From Camelus ferus (taxonomy: Eukaryota): 64,000 nucleotides of DNA. The translations under genes and the position numbers were made by a program. Below are positions 37,649-47,922 of the stretch, in pieces; the stretch's first letter is position 1, and each line of letters opens with the position of its first letter. The stretch lies in assembly GCF_009834535.1 (NCBI RefSeq), contig NC_045696.1, positions 68,636,001 to 68,700,000 on the forward strand. Direction: 5' to 3'. The notes beneath the pieces are model-generated. The model was given only the letters and a program-made list of their open reading frames with translations, did not search any database and was not told the origin of the DNA.

Positions 37649-39296
37649 TTATAAGTATCTGGATACAAGAAAGGTAAACAGAGCAACAACACAGACATAG
37701 CCCAATCTGAACAACTGCTCTTGGCCAAGGGAATCATTTGGTAGCCTTGAGGGAGAGACTCTGCAAATGCTGTCTGAAGCAGCCCCTCTGGGTGAGCACC
37801 CCTCCTGCCTGCCCCAGGCAGCTTGGGTTCCGCTGTAGGTCCCAGGCCCACATTTGTGGCCTGCCTTCAGTGTCTGCTGTGAGTTTGACCCTGGTGTTGG
37901 GGTGCCTGCCCTCCCTGTAGCCTGAGTGCCTGATGCTGCTGTGGCCTTTGGGATTGCCCCCTGTGTGGGCTGTGAGTTTGACCCTGGTGTTGGGGTGCCT
38001 GCCCTCCCTGTAGCCTGAGTGCCTGATGCTGCTGTGGCCTTTGGGATTGCCCCCTGTGTGGGCTGTGAGTTTGACCCTGGTGTTGGGGTGCCTGCCCTCC
38101 CTGTAGCCTGACTGCCTAACCCTGCTGTGGCCTTTGGGATTGCCCCCTGTGTGGGCTGTGAGTTTGACCCTGGTGTTGGGGTGCCTGCCCTCCCTGTAAC
38201 CTGAGTGCCTGACGCTGCTGTGGCCTTTGGGATTGCCCCCTGTGTGTGCTGTGGGTTTGACCCTGGTGTTGGGGTGCCTGCCCTCCCTGTAACCTGAGTG
38301 CCTGACGCTGCTGTGGCCTTTGGGATTGCCCCCTGTGTGTGCTGTGGGTTTGACCCTGGTGTTGGGGTGCCTGCCTTCCCTGTAGCCTGAGTGTCTGATC
38401 CTGATGTGGCCCTTGGGATTGTCCCCTTCGTGGGCTGTGGGTGTGTCACCCTTGTGGCCTGAAGACCTGCCCCTTGTGTGGCTTGTTCCTCCTGTGCCGA
38501 CTGTTGGCTTTTCATCCTTACAGCCTGAGAATATGTCTTCCATGGGGCCTTTGGTCCTGTCCCCAGTGTGGACTGTGAATGTCCCCACCCTGCAGGTAGT
38601 GGGCCTCCTTCTTGTATGGGCTGTGGGTCTGTCCACTCTGAGGGAAGTAATCTTGCTACTCGAATGGACTGGGGGCCTGTTCCCCGTGTGGCTTGCCGGT
38701 CTGCCCCTGGTGTGAGCAGTTGGCCTGTGTCCCCTTTGGGCTGAGGATCTGCCCCAGGCACTTGGGTCCTTGCAGCAGCATGGCTAGGCCTTGAGCCCTT
38801 ATGAGCACAGGAATACCCACTCCCCTGAGTCTCCTTTGCCTCTGCTGACTGGTTCCTGGGTAGGTTTTGGCCACACACATCACCAATGCAATCAGAGGAA
38901 CTCCTAATCTCCATGTGGGATAGAGGGGATTTGGATGGCTCTGTCATGCAGTTTTGTAAGTTCTTCATACAGAAGCCCAGGGTGCATGCCTCACAATTGG
39001 CTGTGTCATGGGACCCATCCAAAGGCACCTCCAGTTTCACTGGTATCTCTGAAACCTTGACGCCATTTCTGTAGAATTTTTCTAGAATATGCTGTACCAG
39101 GTTGTTCAGAATCCTCTGGGTGCTATCCAGGGAGAACTCAGGCTTCTCAAATTGAGACCGGGAACACTTCCGGCACCTCTGAGCAAAAGTCCTCATAAGC
39201 ACCTGCCCCTGGGACTTCCGGGGCTCCAATTTCATGTGACATAGAATCTGCACTTGGGCAGAAGCCCACCTTCGTTGGCATGAGGAACACTGGAAC
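37649..39296 (-). CDS. RTP4: RTP4 coding exon 2: 3CxxC zinc finger, extended low-complexity/tandem-repeat region and C-terminal hydrophobic tail
   Basis: Acceptor cttcttccttctgtttgcag|G at 39297/39296 continues the frame as RFQCSSCQRRWASAQVQILCH...QRCRKC...GSHDTANCEAC (three CxxC plus His, RTP4-like). The frame stays open to TAA at 37649-37651 and ends in LGYVCVVALFTFLVSRYL. Exons 182+1648 nt = 610 codons. Confidence 0.95.
37876..38441 (-). repeat. Coding tandem repeat, 6 x 93 nt (31 aa), inside RTP4 exon 2
   Basis: Anchor tttgaccctggtgttggggtgcctgcc recurs at 37884, 37977, 38070, 38163, 38256 and 38349 (period 93). Protein unit (P/S)Q(H/P)TQGAIPKATAASGTQ(V/A)TGRAGTPTPGSN. Confidence 0.97.
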
Positions 39297-40436
39297 CTGC
39301 AAACAGAAGGAAGAAGATTATTGTTCCCTCAACTGATTGTTGACCTGAGGGAAATGGGCCAGGCTTCAGTCTCTAAGAACCCTTTCAATTTGAGAAAGTG
39401 CATGTGATAATTGACAATTGGACAAGAATGAGAGGGATTGCATTTCTAATCAAGCTTTTTCCTGTGACCCACTGAACTTCCACCCATATGTGGCCCCATG
39501 TCTACTTCTTTGCCAGTAAAACATCTCTGCATGTCTTAGAGAGAAAAACATTTCTGTCATTTTTCCAGTGAAATTTGGTCTTCACAAGGTCATAGAAAAC
39601 TCTTATAAAGTACCCATTTTGAGGCAAGCACTGCACTTGGTGCTTTACAGTGTTGCCCCATTTCATCTTTAAAGCACCCCCTGAGGTTGGCATTATTGAG
39701 CCCAATATCCACATAAGGAAACTGAGTCATAAATGATATACAACTTGCCTAAGGACACACAAAGTAAGTAGAGCCATATTTCCAATCCCAAAGCCATTTG
39801 AAACCAACCTGGTTTTATCTACCTACTATAGCACATAACCTCTATTGAAGAACATGGCTAGTTTTGCACCTGACTTGGGACCTGAAGCCATAAACCCAAG
39901 TCCATAGTTTACATCAGGAGGAACTTTGGGAAAAGCACTTCCCTTCTCTAAGCCTCAATTTTTACATCCATAAAAAGAAAAATATTCAAGTGTTATACTG
40001 TCCACATTAAATGAGATATTATAAGTGAAAACATTTTGTAAACTACAAAGTGCTTTTCAAAAGCTGGTCAATAGTTTTCTAAAACTTTGCTGGTAGGTTG
40101 CTTTTTCTTCATTTCAGAATGACTGTCAGGTCAATTTATCTGAACAAGAGAAGCACCTTCCCATTTTGGGGAGTGCATAACTGATAAAAGATATCATGAG
40201 TCCCTCAAAGAGCGCTGGCTGGTGCGGAGAGAGACTCTTACCCAGTTCACTGGGTTCCAGGCATAACAAAATGACTGCTATGCAGGCTCTGGTGAATGGC
40301 TTGAAAACTGTGTTCTGCAGGACCCCAGGAGACTTCATGTAAACAATGGGTTCCACAGCAAAAAACAATTATATATAAATATATATTTTCTATGATATGT
40401 AATATATGAATATATGTTATTTATAAATGTACTATA

Positions 40437-41339
40437 TGGAGAAAAGACAGCCTCTTCAGCAAGTGGTGTTGGGATAACTGGTCAGCTACATGTAACTCAA
40501 TGAAGTTAGATCCCTCCCTCACACCACACACAAAAATAAACTCAAAATGGCTTATAGAGTTAAATATAAGACACTAAAAACCTCCTAGAAGAAAACATAG
40601 GCAAAACATTCTCTGACAGAAATCTTAGCAATGTTCTCCTAGGACAGTCTATCAAGGCAATAGAAATAAAAGCAAAAAAACCCAAATGGGACCTAATTAA
40701 ACTTACAAGCTTTTGCACAGCAAAGCAAGCTATAAATAAAATGAAAACCAACCTACAGAATGGGAGAAAATGTTTGCAAATGAGGCAACTGACAAGGGCT
40801 TAATTTCCAGAACATACAAACAGATCATACAACTCAATAACAAGTAAGTAAATAAATAAATAACCCAATCAAAAAATGGGCAGAAGATCTAAACAAACAT
40901 TTCTCCAATGAAGACATACAAATGCCCAATAGGTATGTGAAAAAACAGTCAATATCATTAATTATCAGAGAAATGGGAATCAAAATTACCATGAGGTATC
41001 ACCTCACATCAGCCAGAGTGGCCATCATTAGAAAGTCCACAAACAATAAATGCTGGAGAGGGTGTGGAGAAAAGGGAACCCTTCTACACCGTTGGGAATG
41101 TAGTTTGGTGCAGCCATTATGGAAAATAGTATGGAGATTCCTTTAAAAACTAAAAATAGACTTACCATATGATCATCAATCCTACTCCTAGACATATATC
41201 TCGAGGAAACTCTAATTTGAAAAAATACATGCACCCCAGTGTTCATAGCAGCACTGTTTACAATAGCCAAGACTTGGAAGCAACCTAAATGTCCATTGAC
41301 AGATGACTTGATAAAGAAGTTGTGGTATATATACATGTG

Positions 41340-41375
<36 letters not shown>

Positions 41376-41768
41376 ATGGAATACTATTCAGCCATAAAAA
41401 GAATAAAATAATGCCATTTACAGCAACATGGATAGACCTTGGAGATTGTCATACTAAGTGAAGTAAGCCAGAAAGATAAAGAAAAATACCATATGATATT
41501 ACTTATATATGGAATCTAAAAAAAAATGATACAAATGAACTCGTCTACAAAACAGAAACAGACTCACAGACATAGAAGACAAACTTATGGTTACCAGAGG
41601 GGAATGGGGAGTAGAGGGATAAATTGGGTGTTTGGGATTTGCAGATACTAACTACTATATATAAAATAGATGAACAACAAGGTCCTGCTGTATAGCACAG
41701 GGAACTATATTCAATACCTTGTAATGGCCTATAGTGAAAAAGAATTGAAAATGAATATATATATATGT

Positions 41769-41802
<34 letters not shown>

Positions 41803-41876
41803 ATCACTATGCTGTGTACCAGAAATTAACACAACCTTGTAAACTGACCATACTTCAATTTAAAAAAAAGAAAAAC
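40437..41876 (+). mobile_element. 5'-truncated LINE-1 in the RTP4 intron, antisense to the gene
   Basis: Closely similar to 14260-15089 (aaagacagcctcttcagcaagtggtgttggga...), followed by L1 3'UTR and an A-rich tail at about 41862-41876; (CA)n tracts at about 41343-41371 and 41771-41800. Confidence 0.9.
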
Positions 41877-41935
41877 ATTTTTAATAGCTACTAAAAATAA
41901 ATGAACAAATGTATTATAAATAAATGACAGAGATC

Positions 41936-41939
<4 letters not shown>

Positions 41940-41986
<47 letters not shown>
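41940..41986. repeat. Compound (TA)n(GA)n microsatellite in the RTP4 intron
   Basis: Directly visible. Confidence 0.9.
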
Positions 41987-41989
<3 letters not shown>

Positions 41990-42893
41990 AATTAACTTAT
42001 GGGACTGGAGAAGGAACACTTACTCTGCCTAGGGAGATCAGGACACTTGAGTTGGTCCTTGAGGGATGCGTAGGGAGGGAGGGAGGGAGATAAGGGCCTG
42101 CTGAACAGGCAGAACTTCATGGACAAGGGTACAGAAGTCTAAAAATGTATGGCATGGCTAATAATCCATAATGAATGGAACAGAGGGAGGCAGGTAACAG
42201 GTGAAGTGGAAAGTGAAGGTCCCTTTGTGCCATATAAAAAGAGAAGACTTGATTGTCCAGATGAGCAGTTCTCACCTTCCTGATATTGGCAAGGAAGCTG
42301 GCTCCTGCAGCTGGAGGCTTACTGGAAGTTAAAGAGGAAGATAGTCAATAAGGAAGGGGCACTACTTAGGGACTCCAAGAACTAGGTTTTAATTTCTTTC
42401 TTATAGCATCATTCCCTCCTGTTATCCTCAGGTCTTTGGTAAAGTGATGTTCAAAGCCATTGCTTGGCCTTAGTCAATTCTTGAGGCTTTAAAGGAAGGT
42501 CCCAGTCCTAGGCTGGTACTGAACAGGACTAGGGCTCAGAGGGCTGTGGCAGCCTGGGGAAGCCAGCAGGACTGATGAGGGAGACAGCAGAAGTCTGTAG
42601 ATAGAGGCAGTCTGCAACAAGTGAGGTGGTGAGAGAACAGGAGAACAGATTCATGGCATTCCCTAGGATTTCCAGAAATATTTAGGGAGGAAACCTAAAA
42701 AAGAAGAAACTTCCTGCTGTTAAGAAAAATGGAAGGTTAGAATCTTACCTTTTCCATCCTAAAGAAGTGTGATTACAAAAGGATGAAGAGCCTGGTGACA
42801 CTTATTCTTTTAACAAGCTCTGAAAAGAACTGATCAATGCTCAGCTGAGCCTCTTGGCCCAGAAAGGCCCATGGCGGACAGACTCTCACCTAC

Positions 42894-43075
42894 CTGCCAA
42901 ATCCTCTCTGCCGATATTGCTTCCACCCTGGGGCGATACAGTCTGGCTTCAGGTTCCCATCCAACTTCAGGGTCCATCTGGCCCAGGGTTTCTCCTGCCA
43001 GATCAGTTCTTGAAATATCTGCTCCCACGTCCTGACATCCAAAGCCATTGTCTTGCTCTGAGGCTTGGAGTCCAT
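42894..43075 (-). CDS. RTP4: RTP4 (receptor transporter protein 4, IFN-stimulated 3CxxC zinc-finger protein), coding exon 1
   Basis: Translates MDSKPQSKTMALDVRTWEQIFQELIWQEKPWARWTLKLDGNLKPDCIAPGWKQYRQRGFG(R), matching the RTP4 N-terminus (human TWEQTFQELIQEAKPRATWTLKLDGNL...GWKQYQQRAFGW). ATGs at 43075 and 43048 both have A at -3 and G at +4. Donor CAG|GTAGGT after 42894 is phase 2, compatible with exon 2. Confidence 0.93.
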
Positions 43076-43087
43076 GTTTATTGAGTA

Positions 43088-43100
43088 ACTTTCAGTTTCC
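43088..43100. promoter_or_regulatory. Second ISRE/IRF element
   Basis: ACTTTCAGTTTCC (reverse complement GGAAACTGAAAGT), 12 nt upstream of the first ATG. Confidence 0.75.
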
Positions 43101-43116
43101 AGCAAGAGGCAAAAAC

Positions 43117-43129
43117 AGTTTCGGTTTCC
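43117..43129. promoter_or_regulatory. ISRE (consensus)
   Basis: AGTTTCGGTTTCC matches AGTTTCNNTTTCY, about 42 nt upstream of the first RTP4 ATG. Confidence 0.85.
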
Positions 43130-43157
43130 TAGCTTACACACGTTAGCTGCTGTTTTG

Positions 43158-43169
43158 ACTTTCATTTCA
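43158..43169. promoter_or_regulatory. Third IRF-E-like site
   Basis: ACTTTCATTTCA (reverse complement TGAAATGAAAGT), same orientation as the other two. Confidence 0.5.
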
Positions 43170-45999
43170 GACTGAGTACACAGAGCAAACCTTCGTTCCA
43201 AAGACAGAGGGCAGCAGGGATTTGCTAATTTGTGAGCAGGCTTTACTAAGGGACGTATGAGTACAAAACTCTGGTCTGGATTCTGGGGCACCTATAAGTT
43301 AGCTTTTATTTTATTTTTCTTATATTTTTACACTGGGCAAAGCACTATGCTTGGCACTGGGACAGGTAACATCGACTAAGTAAAGCAGTTTCTACCCTCA
43401 GAGAAGCTCATGTTCTCATATAGCCACTGGAGGGTGGATGTAGGGGAGCATGTGTCCCACACTCCTTTTATGCACCTGATGTCCTCACCACAGTCCTCTG
43501 AGGGGGATTATTCCTGGTATTTTTCAGGTGAGTGGCACAGAGAGCTGGGGTACCTTGTTCAAAGCTGATAAGCAGTATAAGTGAGACTTGAACCTAGTCC
43601 TCTGTGACTCTAAAACCTGCGACATCTCCAACCACCTCCCTCCCCGAGGAGAAGCTCAGGACGGAGTTTTGGGTTTTATGTTGGCACTCTGGAGTCCGTG
43701 GGAGGAACCATCTTGAAACCCTGACCTAGTGATTTGTTCTGGTCAGATTTCCTAAGTTGTGAGGCAGGACACTAAGCCATATGAAAGGACTATTTCACTC
43801 CACCTTTCACTGTGTAAATTATGCAGAGCAGTATACAAGCAGGTGTGGAGGCCACCTTTGGAAGGCAGGATAGAGAGAGTTCCCATTCCTGGGACGAGGA
43901 GTTGGGACGAGATGACCTTAAAAGCCACTTCTAACTCAAAGAGTCAGAGATTCTAGAAAGTAAGCTCTGTCCCTCTAGGGTTTAAATTCAAGACAAGCAG
44001 GACACTTATGTGATAAGGATTGAGGGGGTGGGACTGAAAGAGGAGGTGGAGGCCCTGTTTATGGCAATAATCCACTTGATAATTTATTTCAATAATTCCT
44101 CTAGCTTGGGAGTGGATGAGGATGGAGGGATTGGCTTAGTTAAAGGAGAGAAACAAGAAATGTGGTCCTTATGGAGCAATAATTTTACTCACATTTTAAA
44201 CATCTCTTTAACTTGTTAGCATAAACACTGTAGATATACACAGAACAGATGCAAAAAAATTTTATGGTGATTGATCTGGGGAACACTGAGGCTGGATGAT
44301 TCCTAACCTAAATCCATTTCTCCTACCTCAGAGCTTCAGAGAATGGAGAAGAGACTTCTGGACTAGGAGTCCCTGCTGTGTTGGTGATGCCATACAAATA
44401 TCACCTCCTGGACCCTGGGATGACCTGCCCAATAAGTGGCAGAGCCAGGACTCAGATTTCTCTGATGCCACACTAATTCTCATGAAAGGATGGGCATATC
44501 TAAAGAAAGAATGGGTTGCAATAGTAGAAGAACAGATAGAAGGCACGGGGAGCTGTTTTGGGGCATCTGAGTGGGGGTCTTCGTGCTGCTCCACTAAGGA
44601 CTGTGCTCACTGAGCTGAGGCCCCTGGGCATGTGCTAGTTAGGACAACTTCTCAGCAAAAGGTCAGCCCGGAGAGGGAGGGAGGTGTTGAACTCACATCA
44701 TCCTAGAATGTAATGGAAGGAGCTGGTTCTCCTCCTCATTACTGACCCCACTGCACATTACAGATAGTCACAAACACAACAGGGAACAAGTGAAGTTAAG
44801 GAAAAGCAGAATTGGACAGCCGCATTAAAAAGATTCATTAACACATTTATCAAATATGTATAACCTGCTAGTCCTTATTCTCAGGCAGGATGCAACCCAG
44901 CAGGAAGAGCCAAGTATATAAAAGAGCATCTAGTTTTCCTTCGCCATGTCTCATTTTTCTCAACTTATCGTTTTGGTTAAGAGCATAGATCTGGAGCCAG
45001 CGGGCCTGGATTGAATCCTAGTTTCACTGTTTACACCTTGGTGGCCTTGGACAAGTCCCTTTAACTTCTCTGTGCCTCAGGTTCTCCATCAAAAAAGTAA
45101 GGATAATTACATTATCTACTTTGCCAGTCTGTTGTGAGGATTCAATGAGCTTGAAAATAGTTATTGGCACTTAGTAAGCAAATAAAAGTGTTTGCTGTTT
45201 TTCTGCTGTTGCTATGTTGCATGTTTCTTTGTAAGTTTCCATACAGTCTTTCTTAAACATATTGGGGATACAACAAAATAAAATTAAATATAAGTAATTG
45301 TATATAATTTATTTTAAAAATTATGATACATATATGTGTATATAAATATTAATTTATATATATATGTAATAGTACAAGGTGAAAAAACTACAAATAAGCA
45401 CGTATATAAGGACTCCGAGAGCACAGTAGTCACTTAGGAATCCAGACGGACCGCTAAATATTCCTATCACGCCTTGTTATCTGTCCCCAAGCCACTCTGT
45501 TCTGTGCACCTCCCTGGCGAGGCCAGCGCTCCCCTAGGACTCACATCCAGCGCCTGTCTGGACAGTCCGCTCCTCTGTAGAAGGTGAAGTAAGACGTGAA
45601 AGGAGCAGGCAGTCCACAGCAGCTGCCGCTCAGGCCCAGCGCTAGGCCTCCTGAGAACACCACTCCAGACAGCAAAAATCACACTCAAAGGACAATAAAA
45701 TAAACCTTTTAGAAAGAACCAGAAGAAATATGTAAAATCAAAAGAACTAAAACAAAAACTCACAAGTTTTCAAAGGAGCAATTTTTTTCACAGTTTCTGT
45801 GAAAACCTGTTTAGTGTCAGGCCTCTCACAGTTCATCTGGGAGGCTGGGGTCTGCCATGATAGACAACCATTTGGATATTTGGGGATAGAAAGACCTTCT
45901 GTGAGCTTGAAGAAAGCTGGGCCTCAGAGAGGAAGGCGGCCAATCCCAGGCTGCCCAGTCTACAAACAGAGCCTCCACTCCCGTTCCTGACAGCCACCT

Positions 46000-46291
46000 T
46001 CTCTTTTTTACATAGGTGGTTTTAAAACCAGAGCCAGAGCTATCTGGGCTCTGATCCAAGGCTGTGGTGAAGACGTGATAAAGCAGAGTCTTTAGGCAAC
46101 CCTCTCCACCCACCGCAGGCCAAGCCAGGAAACCAGCAGGTGGAAGCTACACCTGTTCCTTGGCTTTTCTTTCGTCCCTGATTCACTTTACCCAGTTCCT
46201 CACTCCTGCCCCCAGGGATGTCCTGCATATTAACAACCTGCACCAAGTTTTTGTCTCAGGCTGTGCTTCTAGAAGAACTCCAGCCAAGACA
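46000..46291 (+). mobile_element. ERVL LTR (LTR16-like)
   Basis: Ends ...gtctcaggctgtgcttctagaagaactccagccaagaca. Confidence 0.5.
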
Positions 46292-46334
46292 AAGAGCAAC
46301 TGAATTTTTCTTCACTTCCTGCCCATGTGTAAAA

Positions 46335-46920
46335 AAGCATCTTCCTGTTTGACATGGATGGAGCCTAGAGGTCATCACTCCCTCACAACAAGAAAAAAGC
46401 CAAACAAACTCAAAATCAACAACTAGCTTAGATTCCTGGGAGAATTAGGGTCACAGGGGAAACTGCTGCCCTGACAACTGGAAGGACAGATGCGGAAGAG
46501 AGAGGATCCAGCTTACCATAGTCAAATACTCTGGTGCAGAAGCCGCTGGGGGAACCAGTACCAGCAGGAACACTTTATACTGTCATTGGCCACTTGCTGG
46601 AAGGTCAGTGGACAGCCTGAGAGTTTAAAAATCCAGGGGGTTCATTCTTGGGGGGGGGTTCCCACCCTTTCATGAAAAACTCAGGAAAAACTCACTGCGA
46701 ACATGGGGAAAAATCTTCCTGTGCTTCTGGCAGAAGGAAGAGAAAAATAACCATTTTTTAAAACACCCAGAACTCTCCGTTCTTAAAGTCTACCTTTAAG
46801 GAAACGATTTCACTGGAGCATGACACATTTGGGTTTTACAAAAGCCTAACTGACCCAGGGGAAGGGAGATAACCAAGGCTAGTCTCTTCTGGCCTTCAAC
46901 GTGGAGGATGGGAATGACCC
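46335..46920 (+). mobile_element. Old L1 5'-end fragment
   Basis: ctccctcacaacaagaaaaaagccaaacaaactcaaaatcaacaact...gagaattagggtcacagggg resembles old L1M 5' UTRs. Confidence 0.45.
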
Positions 46921-47739
46921 CACTCCTTCCCGTGTATGATTTCTTCTCTGCCCAGTAATGAGGACAAAGCCCACCAAACCTGAAGTAACGAGAGTGCAAA
47001 GTTGGGCATATGCTCAAGGGGGCAGGTCTACCCTTGTCCTGCTTTCTGGGAGAGGAACCAGGTCCCACACAGGTCAAACTAATTCTCTACTCATAACATC
47101 TGGAGGAGAAATAAAGAATTCAGCCATCAAGATTTCTAAATATACAACTAGAATCATTAAACCACCAAGCCATGGAAAACATTTGAAAGGCCCTCTAAGT
47201 CCCATTCTTTACTTGCTTGCTTTGTAATGGTTAGCATTTGAATTAGTAAAATTTGGATACTATTTCTAGAGTGACTCAGGGAGAAAAGCATTAGACTTAA
47301 AACTAGAGGACGAGGGTATCTGTTCCCCGTACCACACTGAGTTATCTAAGCTCTTTGAACCTTAATGTCCTCATCCATCGAACTGAAATAATAATATTAG
47401 ATCCCATCCCATTAGATTTAATGATATATGTACTGATATGATATAGACATGAACCATAACTACAAAATATCAGATAGGATTATTTCAAGAAAGAATATGT
47501 AGAGGCTTGAAACAGTAGCACTTGGGTGGAATAGAGCACTTAAACTGATCATTTAACTGGTAAAGTAGAGATAAAGACCCACATATGGAAAGGAGAGAGA
47601 GATTTAAGACCTAGAACCCACTGTCTGTGTCTGTATGTTGTGAAGAGGGAAAGCAGAAAGTAAAATAAATAACTAAATTTTAGGGCTCTTTATCTCTGAG
47701 TTACATTAATCCCCATATCTGTGTTGTCCCTACAATAGC

Positions 47740-47922
47740 CCAGTGGCTTATGACTCTTAAGGGATGTTTCAGAACAGATGCCTCTAAGGGAGCTTTGTAA
47801 AATACAGATGTCCAGTCTCTCCTCCAGAAATTCTGATTCCGCATGTCTAGGGTTGGGGAGGCCATGTATTTTTTGAAAGCTCCGAGAATGATACCAAAAT
47901 ACTCTCCTGCGTAAAAATCACT
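47740..47922. mobile_element. MER5-like (hAT-Charlie)
   Basis: gggagctttgtaaaatacagatgtccagtctctcctccagaaattctgattc...aaagctcc...aaaatcact. Confidence 0.6.

Larger units (their letters stand above)
39297..42893 (-). other. RTP4: RTP4 intron (GT-AG, 3597 nt)
   Basis: GT at 42893-42892, polypyrimidine tract plus AG at 39298-39297; splicing joins the exons in frame (AG+G = Arg). Confidence 0.9.

Noticed and set aside
37876..38441. Regular repeats superficially like a CRISPR array
   Set aside because: Units are contiguous with no unique spacers, in frame within a mammalian exon, and there are no cas genes.
37734..38636. 300-aa overlapping ORF on the RTP4 strand (MDRPTAHT...)
   Set aside because: Starts at GTG with no independent splice or promoter evidence; it stays open because a stop-free 93-nt (multiple of 3) unit is repeated.
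42670..42678. GAS-like TTCCAGAAA in the intron
   Set aside because: Imperfect match to TTCNNNGAA, expected by chance.
43076..43291. Open frame upstream of the RTP4 ATG (ORF 42890-43291)
   Set aside because: GTG start, no RTP similarity, and it overlaps the ISREs; probably promoter/5'UTR.
44915..44925. TATATAAAAG TATA-like box
   Set aside because: On the + strand pointing away from RTP4, about 1.8 kb upstream, with no downstream gene evidence; such motifs are common in AT-rich DNA.
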